From the NCBI GenBank assembly GCA_023231475.1, contig JALJEE010002955.1:1-35788 (forward strand): a DNA stretch of 35,788 bases, written 5' to 3'. Position 1 is the stretch's first letter. The number at the start of each line of letters is the position of its first letter. The DNA comes from Seison nebaliae. Lineage: Eukaryota. The notes beneath the pieces are model-generated. The model made no database searches. It worked only from the letters and a program-made list of their open reading frames with translations, and was not told the origin of the DNA. The position numbers and the translations under genes were made by a program. Below, piece by piece: positions 25,858 through 35,788 of this stretch.

Positions 25858-27008
25858 TCATTTCTTGCCCAATTTCACGCCGAGAACAATCGCGATGATC
25901 ACAATAATGACTAAGGCGATAATCAAAATATAAAATAATTTTTTTCTGTATTTCTTCTAAAAATTTTAAGGAAATTGAGATGATTCTTCATATGAGAAAA
26001 TATTAGACCTGATATGTCACTGCCGTATCCAATTCACGTGCTGCACCGGAAACATAGTGTTGAGTTCCTTCAATTTTATTGTCGATATCAACTAAAATGG
26101 AAAGAAGATAAAGAATTAAAAATGAAAATTATTGAAACTCAAAATATTTCCTTGATCATTCACCATGGCTCGTACTTCAGTGAAAACGACGTTAAGATCT
26201 TGCATATTCTCCTATTTCAAGGGAAATTTCAAATCGTTGCCATGACAACGCAAATAAGAATAAACTTCTATATCAAGAATTGCATCTTGTCGTTGTCGTA
26301 ATGCTTGTAAATTGCTTTTCTTATCTAATTCTTCTTGTAACATTAATGGAGTCGTTGTAGATGATGTACCTTCATCCAAATTTTCTCTTTTGAGAAGAAC
26401 AAGAAAAAATTGGAACACAATTTCTAATAAATTTCTAACTCATCTGGATTATATCCTTCATTTTTATGAGATTGTGTTCTCAATCTAACATCCTCCCCAA
26501 TTTTCTTCCATTTTTTTATGTTCACACTTAATTCTCTAAACTTCTGTTCAAATTCATTCTAAAAACGAAAACCATAAAATTCCATTCAAATATCATAAAA
26601 TTCCAAGAAATAAAATTTCATATAATAACTTTTTTTTCACCCGAATTTGTAATTTCAGGTCGAATTAAAGAAAGTGTCGATTCGATCAATTGTTTACATG
26701 ACTCCCAATTTTCTTCGCTTGAATTGAGAAGATATTTAGAGAAATGTTGAAAAAAGAATAAAACATATTTTTTTTGGTTCGCTGATCCAATTGTGGATTA
26801 TCGAGGATATTTTCCAAATGTTTAACTAATTATTCGTTGAAAGAAGATGAGGAAAAAGATGAAGAAAGAAAACTTAAAGAGTTAATATTTTCGATTTTAT
26901 TCGAAACAGTTGCCAATTTTTCAATATCTTCATTCCATTCTGATTTTTCATGAAAATTAAATTCAAATTAAAATGCTAATTAAGAGAACCTGATCCTTGG
27001 TACGACAT
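25858..27008 (-). CDS. Syntaxin-7/12-like Qa-SNARE, 9 exons, about 250 aa
   Basis: The spliced SNARE motif reads RQDAILDIEENMQDLNVVFTEVRAMVNDQGNILIDIDNKIEGTQHYVSGAARELDTAVTYQKKYRKK, followed by the C-terminal TM LFYILIIALVIIVIIAIVLGV. This matches the STX7/STX12 pattern. The N-terminal exons are less certain. Confidence 0.85.
26236..26249. promoter_or_regulatory. RFX X-box GTTGCCATGACAAC
   Basis: Near-perfect X-box palindrome inside the 54-nt syntaxin intron 26212-26265, about 0.9 kb upstream of the cyclase ATG. Confidence 0.55.
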
Positions 27009-27278
27009 GACTTCCAAATGTTTACTTCAAGTCCAAAAGTGAGGTAAATTGACGAGCCCAATCTTTAATTATGAAGAGAATTGTAATTAATAAGGAAATT
27101 GGATCGTTTAAAAAATATGATGAGAATCAATAGATAAGGTTAAAGTTCTTTCTTCAAGTTCTCAAATAGAAAACTATCTGAATTGACGAATTTCATCAAT
27201 GACTCATAAATTTAAGTAAGATATTCACAAACAAAAATTTATTAAAGGAAGAAAATGGTATTTGTTCGATTCATTAAT

Positions 27279-29521
27279 TTATTCGTCTTCTATAATGTCC
27301 GATGTCGTTAAATATTTAGTTTCTTCACAAACTGTCAGTTTCGTACAGGTGACAATTCCATGTTCACAGAGACAAGTGTTACATTTATCTACGTCAGTCG
27401 TAACGCCGTCATGACGAAAGATCATATTATTAAATTGACAATCACTTCGTTTTTTCGCTTTCAATTCTGAAAATATATATAAAAATTTTTTTAAAAAATC
27501 AGAATTTAAAAAATAAACTTTCAGTTCCATGACAAATATTTCTAGTGCACATGAAAATTCCATTACGACAGTAACAATAATTACAATGATCTTTTTCCTC
27601 ATATTTTCGATGACGTTCAAATACTTTTCCTTTGAATTCACATCCAACTTTCCTTCTATGAGTTCTACTTTTACGACGAAGAGCATTCCGTTCAATTTTC
27701 TTGTCGATTAGACGACGATATCTGTTAATCGTTTCCGATGGTAAATATGATCGATCTCCTAAATTATATTCCACGAAATCATTTGGTGAATAATTTCCTA
27801 ATTCTTCATCCATCTCATCTTCAATTATATCATCGAATGTTATTTCTGATTTTGACGGTTCCATCATTGTATTGTCCGCTTGAAATTCATCATTCGAATT
27901 ACTTCTTATCATTTCCTTTGATGATTTCTTCTTCTTCTTCGGATTTCCCACTTCTTCTTTCGTATAAGGCAAACGGAAGAAGTCGTCTTCAACAAAGTCG
28001 TCGTCGGCCGCGAACGGTTTCTCTACAAAGTCATCATCACTCAAATATTCAAGTTTCCCATTCGAATTCGTTTCTGATAGTTCTTCCGATTTCTTTCTTT
28101 CAATTTCTTCGATTTCCTTAATTTTTCTCTCAAATTCTTCGAATTCCATTAACTTTCTTTCTTTTTCATCTTTCTCCAAAGGATTCTTCACAGTTTTATT
28201 CTTCAAAAAATTATTTTGATTTTTTTCCTTCTTCAACAATTTCTTTTCAGTTTCATTTATCTCCAAAAAATTCTTTTGATTTTCATCTTTCCCCAAAAAA
28301 TTTTTTTCCGTATTTTGATCTGTCGTTTTTTTCTGAGAAAATTTTTCCACTGTTTCATGTTTGTTTGAACTTTCATTATCTCCTAAATTATTTTTAAAGA
28401 AGTTTTTCGACTTTTCTTTCACTAAAATGAATTTTTCTTGATCTTTTTCTCCTGTTTCCAGTAGAACTTTTTTACGCTTTTCATTTTCCTGAAACTCCTT
28501 TTCTAATTCGGAAAAAGTTGGTTGATAACTTTCTTCTAAAGTCTTTTCCTTAATTCGTTTCACTTCCTTCATTCTTTCTTTAGTCTGTTCTAAATTTTTT
28601 GATACTTTTTCTTCAATTTGAAAATTTTCCGTTTGTTTTTTCATGATAATTTCTTTTATTCCATATAATTGCTCAACGTTAGCTGCTGGTACTTTTGCGA
28701 ATAAAATCTTCTCTAATGAACTACATTCTTTCAGTGAACAACGAACAATTTGATCGGGGAAACATTTGCAGAAATTGCAATTATCACTTAATCGCCACCA
28801 ACTCCCATAACTCTTGAACATGTTATTGAACATACATCCATGCTGATTTTCGTATCTATCCATTTCTAAAATAATAAAGAATTATTAAATTTTATTATTT
28901 TTAATTTAAATAGTTCCCATAAACTCAACACATTTGTCAACTTCAGATTGATAACACATCGAGGAACTTTCGGACAACTGTTCGTACTATTCGTCCTACG
29001 GAGACATCTGATCGTTCGTCGCATACGACAAACAAATGGTTCCGGACATTTTTTTTCCTTTAAAAGGTTTTAAAAAATTAATTTTTGAATCCACAATTGA
29101 ACTTGACAATTCTTTGGTCGTTTCTTCCCAGTAATTTCTGAAAGTTCAAAAAAATTTGTTAAACATTTTTAAAAAATTTTTGGGAACTTTTTGGATGTTC
29201 TTCTGATGTGAAATTAACGTCATATAGTTCTAAAAATTTTTTGAGAATTCTTCCGATTAATCATAGTTAACTTGTACGTTTATATCGACCGCTATGATGG
29301 AATAAATTATTATATGTCGGATATTGTAATTTCTCGTTGAACGATCCTTCCTTCACATTAATTTTCGCACTTTTCCAATCTGATGATGAATGGAATTAAT
29401 GGAATGATGTTAGAATAAAATAACTTTCTTCTCGATTAATTTTCGTATCGAAGAAAGATGCGATAATAGTTAAAGGAAGAATGAGAATACAAGAAAGAAT
29501 TAGATATGTATATTTTATCAT
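27279..29521 (-). CDS. Secreted precursor with three VWC-half/pacifastin-like Cys modules and a K/E-rich spacer, 7 exons
   Basis: Signal peptide MIKYTYLILSCILILPLTIIASS at ATG 29521. Six phase-consistent GT-AG introns. Modules CxF...CNFCKC...CSLKEC, CEF...CNYCYCRNGIFMCTRNIC and CQF...CNTCLCEHGIVTCTKLTVC. Basic sites RYKR, RYRR, RRKSR and KKR. Confidence 0.78.
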
Positions 29522-29810
29522 TTGTGGAAATAGTAAAAGAAAATTTCATTAGAAATTTCCTTCCATCTTTTTCTAATATAATTAACATATAAATCTGATG
29601 ATTTGTAGCATGTAATTGTTAACAATTCCTCCCACTAAACTCAACAAATTTTTTATCACATATTTTATTCCAAAGAAGTTGTCGAATAATTTGAAAGATT
29701 TTTAACGATTCTCAACAAACAGATTATTTAAAAGAGAATTTTTTGTGAAAATTTCTATTTATTTGGAGGAAATTTTAAGATAAAACTATTCAACGGAAAA
29801 GAGGAAATAT

Positions 29811-32312
29811 TTATAAAGATTTAAGAAAAGGTTCAATTGATGGATCACGTCCCAATAGTTGCCGATAACTTTTCGATGATTCTTGTGTACCTCCGATATC
29901 GAGGAAAGTTTCTCGAAATTTCACAGCTAATTCGTTCGGTTCACTAATTTTTTCGCTGATTATCGGCAGTTTCTTTTCTTTAATACTACTCCAAATATCA
30001 GTAGCTAACATCTGAAAAAGAAAATGAATTTTAATAAATGTCGAAAATAAAATGAAACTTTTGACCAGATATGTCCATAATATGAACCACTCGCTTGTTG
30101 TACGAATATGGGAGCGAATTGACAAATATGATAATCTTCTTCGTAGAGTGAGAACCAAGGGAAGAATTTGGACCATTGTTCCTTCTCGATTTCATACCAG
30201 AACGTTTTCGACAAAAACAATTCCATATCAATAGCACTATAATAAAGTTGTTGTAACATATCGAACGATCGTAGAGTCCATTCATCTGCAATTGAAATTT
30301 ATGGAAATTATTAAAAATTTTAATTTAAATTTGGAATATAAAAGATTAAATAACAGTTAATAATATTTGTCAAAGTATTTGAAGTAATTGATGGATCATT
30401 TAAGATATTTCCAACCACATCACTCGATTTCAACATAGTTAATAATAATTGTGATGAAACTGTGGCAGCATCCCATTCCATTCCACGAGAACCGCTCAAT
30501 TCACAAAATGGTGATTTACTACACATCATCTGCAAACTCTGTCCTAACTAAGAGAACAAAAGGAAATAAATTGAAAAATATGAAAAATATTCAAAACTTT
30601 ATCGAAGAATTGAATTAATTGTGAAAAATTAAATTGATCTTCCATCAAATCCATTCCAATATATGATGTTGGATAATCGGAAGTTGATAAACTTTGATCT
30701 ATAACGAAAAAATGATAATTTCATAAAATTTAATTTTTAAATAACCTTGAATGGATAAATGGAAAGTACCACCAGATTTACAATTTGAACGATAAAATGG
30801 ATCTATAATCAGAATTGCTTGTGTCTCTGTCGAATTTGCGATGGATAAACGATAGACGAAAAGTTTCTTCTCACTTTCTCTTGGATGAATTGACAGGAAT
30901 TCACTAATCGATTTATTGGAAATGCGTTCGAATGATATATCGAAAAAACGTGAAATGAAATTTAAAGAGTTTCCCAATAATCTCTCGATCGTCATTGTTT
31001 CCTTCGATAATTCATATGAATAATGAGTATCCACATATCGTTGTCGCCAATATTGGATGTCCCACATTTCGATTCCATTCAACAATTCTTTCTTCTCCTT
31101 ATCGATATTATGAGCAACGTCGATCAATTTCTCTTTCCTCTTCAATAAATAACCTTCAGTTTTTGCGAAATTTTGAAGAATTAACAATTCTTGTTCAACT
31201 TTTCTCAATAATCTTAATCGACATTCATCGATGAAAGTCATTATGGATTCGATGGAACCAGCCATTCTGGTATTCATTGTGGCATGAATCCAAGATTGCT
31301 CTCCTAAAATTTTCGCTTGTAAACGACGTTTCAATCGAATATCTTCGATTTGATCACTATTATTTCCATAAATATCTTGTTGTGGATATGAAGCTCGAGA
31401 TCGAAGTGCTCGAAAAACGTCTTCGCGTAAAAGTCGATTAGATGAATATCGGAGAAATGGTTGAACTATATGATCATCTAATGTCAATTGCCAAACGATT
31501 TTTTTCGTATCTCCATAATCCTTCACCATCATCATATAGGATTTAAGGAATTCAGGCAAATCCGCCACCTCTAACGGATTTGAAAAAACTTTCCTAAATA
31601 AACCGGTAGAATGAGCTAATTTCTTCGAGAATTGTCTTTCATTATCGAATATTTGTAAATTACAATGTCGATAACGAATCGAATCTTCATCGGTGAGAAA
31701 TGTTCCGTTTAATCTCATCGTCGAATAATAATGATATAATAATCGTTTAACAACCGGTGATGTATTATCTGATGATTCCAATAATTCCTCAATCAACGAC
31801 GATAACGGTTCATTCATCCATCGATCATTCGATGCATTCGCCACTTTATTTGCAGAGAGAATATATGAATGAAGATATCCTGATCTTTTCGATCGATTAC
31901 AAGAAAGAAATCGAAGAATTTTTAATGATGTTTCCATCGGATGGAGAGATCGTTCAATTTCAATCATTAATGAATTACCATCTCTGGTCAATGCAACATC
32001 AGAATATTTATTGACAATCTCTTCAATCATCGTTTCGAAATCGAATGAGAGTTTCGTACAACCGTTTAACGATTTCATCGCTGAAATGATATTCAAATCA
32101 TTTTCATATACACTCCTCATCGAACGCTGATCCAATATTCGTAACAATTCATTATTCTTCACATTATCAGGAGGAATCTCTGGAATGAGAACTGTATAAC
32201 TATTCAATCGAGATCTATTGATGGAAAATGATCGATTTATAATTTCCAATTGACTTCTCATAATTCTCTTTCTCATTAATTGATTCATGATGACTTGACT
32301 CCATCTCAACAT
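29811..32312 (-). CDS. Oligopeptidase A-like (M3 family) protein, probably mitochondrial and catalytically dead, 5 exons
   Basis: M3A-type segments: FLRYSSNRLLREDVFRA, RRLQAKILG, NTRMAGS, WDIQYW, IDPFYRSNCKSGG, LSGSRGMEWDA, YYGHIWSKMLATDIW, FRETFLDIGG, LGRDPSIEPFL. Arg-rich N-terminal presequence. HExxH is replaced by DKLGQ. Confidence 0.88.
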
Positions 32313-32761
32313 TATTCTTCCACTCTGTAAAAACGAATTTTTCCCACAAAAATTTTGATAAAATAAATAAAAAAAATTCTACACAAAAAAAATTATGAAA
32401 AAAAATTTCATATATTACAGAAAAAATTTATCGATTGCAATTTTCAAAAATCTTCTCTTTGGAAAAACAATCATTTGTTGTTCGGAATGTTTGACAATTT
32501 TGTAAATGGAAGTTTTTTTTGGAAAAAACTTAAAATATTTTTTGTGTTTTTTTAGACAAAAAATTTTGAAAAAATTTTCTTATCTTTGATAAAGAAGGCA
32601 AATTTGGATTTTTTTCGAAAAAATCTTAAAAATGTTTTCTGAGGAGAAAAATTTAATTTTCAAAAATATTCGAAAATCAAACGGAAAATAATGAGCGAAG
32701 AAAAATTGATGTTTTTATGACTAAGTTTGAAATTTGGAATTACATTGGGAAAGTTGATCCA

Positions 32762-33076
32762 TTATTTGTCCGTGTTAAATCGTTGACCGCGATTCAATAA
32801 TCGATCTTCTTCTGTGACAATGTTAAATCTTTCTTTTCGTTTATTTAATTTCTCTAATTCGTCGGGGGAGAATTGGGAAGTGGAAGAAGTGGGCGGATTG
32901 ACATTCGAAATATTCTTCTCTCCGAATCGTTGTAATCTTTTCGCTTTCTTTTCTTCTTCTTCCACTTTCGCTGCGTTGTCACTGATGATACCAAACCGTT
33001 CGACACGTTGTTTCTGTTTGATATTGTCAGGAACGATTCCGAATCGATTTGCACGTTCATTCATTTTCGACTCCAT
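32762..33076 (-). CDS. SARNP/CIP29/Tho1/MOS11-like mRNA export factor consisting of RxxRFG repeats only
   Basis: 104 aa with repeated motifs RANRFG, RVERFG, RLQRFG, RKERF and RGQRF, typical of the Tho1/MOS11 C-terminal DDX39B-binding region. No SAP domain. Confidence 0.75.
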   Translation of the reverse strand: MESKMNERANRFGIVPDNIKQKQRVERFGIISDNAAKVEEEEKKAKRLQRFGEKNISNVNPPTSSTSQFSPDELEKLNKRKERFNIVTEEDRLLNRGQRFNTDK

Positions 33077-33205
33077 ATTTTAAAGAATTTTCTTCTGTAT
33101 TTAATCGGGATAAATTTAAAAATTGTTCAACTTCAAATTTGAAATTTGAAAATGAAAATTTTTTAAAAATATAATATCAAAACTCATCAAATTTTTCATT
33201 CATAT

Positions 33206-33219
33206 GTTGCCGTGACAAC
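33206..33219 (+). promoter_or_regulatory. RFX X-box GTTGCCGTGACAAC upstream of CCDC103
   Basis: X-box consensus 24 nt before the ATG of a motile-cilia gene, inside a 167-bp head-to-head intergenic region. Confidence 0.75.
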
Positions 33220-33243
33220 GCACGAAGAAATTTAGCGACAACG

Positions 33244-33840
33244 ATGACGAAAATGGAAAAGAAACCAAAATTAACGTCTGATCGTCTCAAACAACAATTA
33301 TCAATCGCTGTGAATAAAGAAGGAGACTATTGGAAGCGGAATGACGCGAAATTCAGAGCTGTCTTCCAGAAAGTAGAAACTTATGAGGAAATGAAAGAAA
33401 TTGTTGCAGCAAGTAACTTATGTCCTTTGGGCAAACATGAAAAAATTACAGATTTAAGTCAACCTTCAACTAATATCTTTACATCTACAAATTATCCGAT
33501 TGGAACTAGTGGCTATTATCTTTCAAACAATCATGAAAAGTATGAAGATCGTCGAATGATAATGAAAGGATTGAGAAGGAAATTGAAAAACGACGATTTA
33601 TCATCAGATGATATTCATTCAATTCTTCGATGTTTCTCAAACGAGGCAAATTTCTCAAACCTCTCTAAGCATCTTGGAACTGACGAGAAATTATTTAGTT
33701 TTTTCGATAAACTCTCCAAAACCAGAAGATTCCACTTAAATGTAGAAATGATTGATAATGATGAGAAATTAGAAAGTTCCAAATTTCAAGAATTTCCAAA
33801 AACTTTAGAACAATTAAAAATCTTAAATTTAATCCAATAA
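33244..33840 (+). CDS. CCDC103: Coiled-coil domain-containing protein 103 (dynein arm attachment factor)
   Basis: N-terminal dynein-attachment motif YWKRNDAKFRAVFQKVETYEEMKEIVAASNLCPL and C-terminal RPAP3_C-like LSKTRRFHLNV. Intronless. Confidence 0.88.
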   Translation: MTKMEKKPKLTSDRLKQQLSIAVNKEGDYWKRNDAKFRAVFQKVETYEEMKEIVAASNLCPLGKHEKITDLSQPSTNIFTSTNYPIGTSGYYLSNNHEKYEDRRMIMKGLRRKLKNDDLSSDDIHSILRCFSNEANFSNLSKHLGTDEKLFSFFDKLSKTRRFHLNVEMIDNDEKLESSKFQEFPKTLEQLKILNLIQ

Positions 33841-34999
33841 AATTATCTTTTCGTTTTCTCTTATTTCTCATTATTACTTATATTTGTTACTTTTCCTTAA
33901 ACATTTTTTCAACACTCATTTCATGATTAATCGAGTTTAGTTTTCAAATTTCAATAATTTCAAATAACAATTTTTTAAACTTAAATATTAATTTATATTA
34001 AGAATTAACGAATAAGAATTTCAATTTTATATTAAGCTTTCATTTCATGACATGGAATCGAAATGTTCATCAAAAAATTGAATATAAAGATGAAGGAAAA
34101 TAAAGGTGCGCTGCTCGATTTATTAATAATCATTTTACTCCAAAACGTTTTTCTAACGTTCATAGATTGAACGAAGTTTGGAGCAGCTCCAATTTCATTT
34201 CATCTAGTTCAGCTCTTTGCTACTAGGTGGGATGAAATTATGGACCGATTACGGATCTTATGGAGTTACCTATTACATTCCTCAATATCTTTAACTTTTC
34301 TTCTTTCTGGGGGTAGATAAGGAAAAATCGCATCTAATTCTATCAACACTTTCCTTTATGATTGGTATACTTATTTCGTAGAACATCGAACAAATTATAA
34401 AGTTTGTTAATTAATTAAATCAGAAAGTTTAATTTTTTCTTCTCTAATTATTAAAAGGAGAGATGATATGATTCAAATGAATCAACACAATAGTCGAAAT
34501 CATCAAACGATATTAAACTTTACAAGATATTACCCTAAGAAATTATCAATCTCAATCTCAATAGCATTCCACTAATTTATTTTACTTTTGTTCCATTATG
34601 TCAAATAAACTATTCTAATTCATCTTTCATAGCTAATCATAAAATAATCATCAAAAATTAAATTATACAATTATAATCAGAAATGTGTTCGATTATTTCA
34701 TTTTTAGTTTTATTAGACTTTTTTATGCTAACAAGGGAAGTAACCATGTTACAACTTTGCAAACTAGTTGAAAAAAATTAGAGAGGTGTGAAAAATAATG
34801 TAACAACCCTATGCAAAAAAACAGCTGCGCCTTTTTTACTGGCGGTACTGAAAATTCAAAATTTGTGTTCGATATAAAATTGTTATGTGTTCAAATTAAT
34901 TAAATTTATGTATACTTTTATAATATTAAGTATACATAAATTTAATTGTTAGTCATGACTTAATCATCACTGTCATGTTGAATCCAGGTTAATTGCTAA

Positions 35000-35476
35000 A
35001 AGTTTATCGAAAAACAAGTAAATAGACTTCATATTTTTAAGACTAAAGGAACAAATTTTTTAAGTATGACGAAATCACCGATATAATTTAAACTGTGTGA
35101 CCGTTTTATGAATAACTTGAATAAAATTGGGAGACGAATTCACACGGTAGCTGTTCTTGATGTATCGTCCAACTGAATTTATTCTACCATGACAATAGAA
35201 CCAATTTTTAAACATCATGATGATAATATTGTTAACGTTTCGAATATAACGTTTATAAAACTAAATTTGATCCATGAAAATTTTCAACATTCATCTGTAT
35301 AACGTAATCGACTATTAATCAATGAGCAAAGAAAGAAGATAAGAAACTTCAACATTCTTCCTTTCCAAATGCAAAAGAATAGTCGGCCAAATTATGGACA
35401 ATGGAATTCTCCTCCTCTTTATATCAACGTTCGCCTAATATTTTGCTTGTTCGTTATAAAAAGAATATTTGAATAG
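35000..35476 (+). pseudogene. Possible decayed coding frame
   Basis: About 159 codons in one frame with only 3 internal stops (35084, about 35174, about 35300) in very AT-rich DNA. Contains RIHTVAVL...FKHHDDNIV. Confidence 0.3.
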
Positions 35477-35520
35477 TGCAACATTAAATTTCAATCGGAT
35501 TATCCCAAAAATTTGTGGTA

Positions 35521-35782
35521 TACGGTGATTTCGCCACCCTGATATTTTGCCACCCTGTTTTATCCATTTTGGACAGTTCGCCACCCTGAATATGGACACT
35601 TTGCCACCTTGTGTGTGTATTTTCGGTGATTTCGCCACCCTTCTATATAAATCTACTCATTTTTCTCAAAAAGTGGACAGTTTGCCACCTTGCGTGTATA
35701 TTTTCGGTGATTTCGCCACTCTTCTATATAAATAAAATATACAATTTTTTTTTCTTCAAGGAATGGACACTTTGCCACCCAT
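35521..35782. repeat. Direct-repeat array (GCCAC core x8, 60-bp unit x2 plus a partial third); probable transposon subterminal region
   Basis: Cores at 35533, 35549, 35580, 35603, 35634, 35684, 35715 and 35774. Units 35593-35652 and 35674-35733 differ at 4 of 60 positions. A third unit starts at 35764 near the window edge. Confidence 0.75.
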
Positions 35783-35788
35783 GTTTTT

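Noticed and set aside
34030..34360. Exon-like minus-strand fragments (KVLIELDAIFPYLPPERRK)
   Set aside because: They cannot be joined in frame and have no recognisable homology.
34740..34752. Palindrome GTAACCATGTTAC as a third X-box
   Set aside because: The second half-site departs from consensus and there is no supported adjacent gene.
35593..35782. Repeat-spacer-repeat layout resembling CRISPR, and ORFs 35435-35638 and 35547-35735
   Set aside because: Eukaryotic context, no cas genes, only 2-3 imperfect 60-bp units, and uneven low-complexity spacers. The ORFs are repeat artefacts.
1..35788. Alternative genetic code or non-GT-AG introns
   Set aside because: All conserved genes translate with the standard code using GT-AG introns.

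Overview
This is AT-rich eukaryotic (animal) genomic DNA with many very short introns, mostly 41-66 nt. It looks like a compact invertebrate genome; a spiralian or rotifer-like source is my guess only. I reconstructed by hand, in order: an intronless orphan ORF with degenerate USP-like motifs, PPIP5K/VIP1 (13 exons), a disordered orphan protein with AKAP-like helices, a Cys/Pro-rich repeat protein, a receptor guanylyl cyclase (16 exons), a syntaxin-7/12-like SNARE, a secreted precursor with three VWC/pacifastin-like modules, an M3 oligopeptidase A-like protein, a SAP-less SARNP/Tho1-like gene head-to-head with CCDC103, a decayed reading frame and a terminal direct-repeat array. Four observations stand out. 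(1) A 3-kb ORF in the cyclase's 6.9-kb intron has a phase-matched donor, so it could replace the ectodomain and TM with about 1000 disordered residues. (2) 41 of 45 reconstructed introns begin GTT rather than GTR. (3) Two near-identical RFX X-boxes occur, one hidden in a 54-nt syntaxin intron upstream of the cyclase. (4) The M3 peptidase has lost all its zinc ligands. Exon models are manual and need RNA-seq confirmation.
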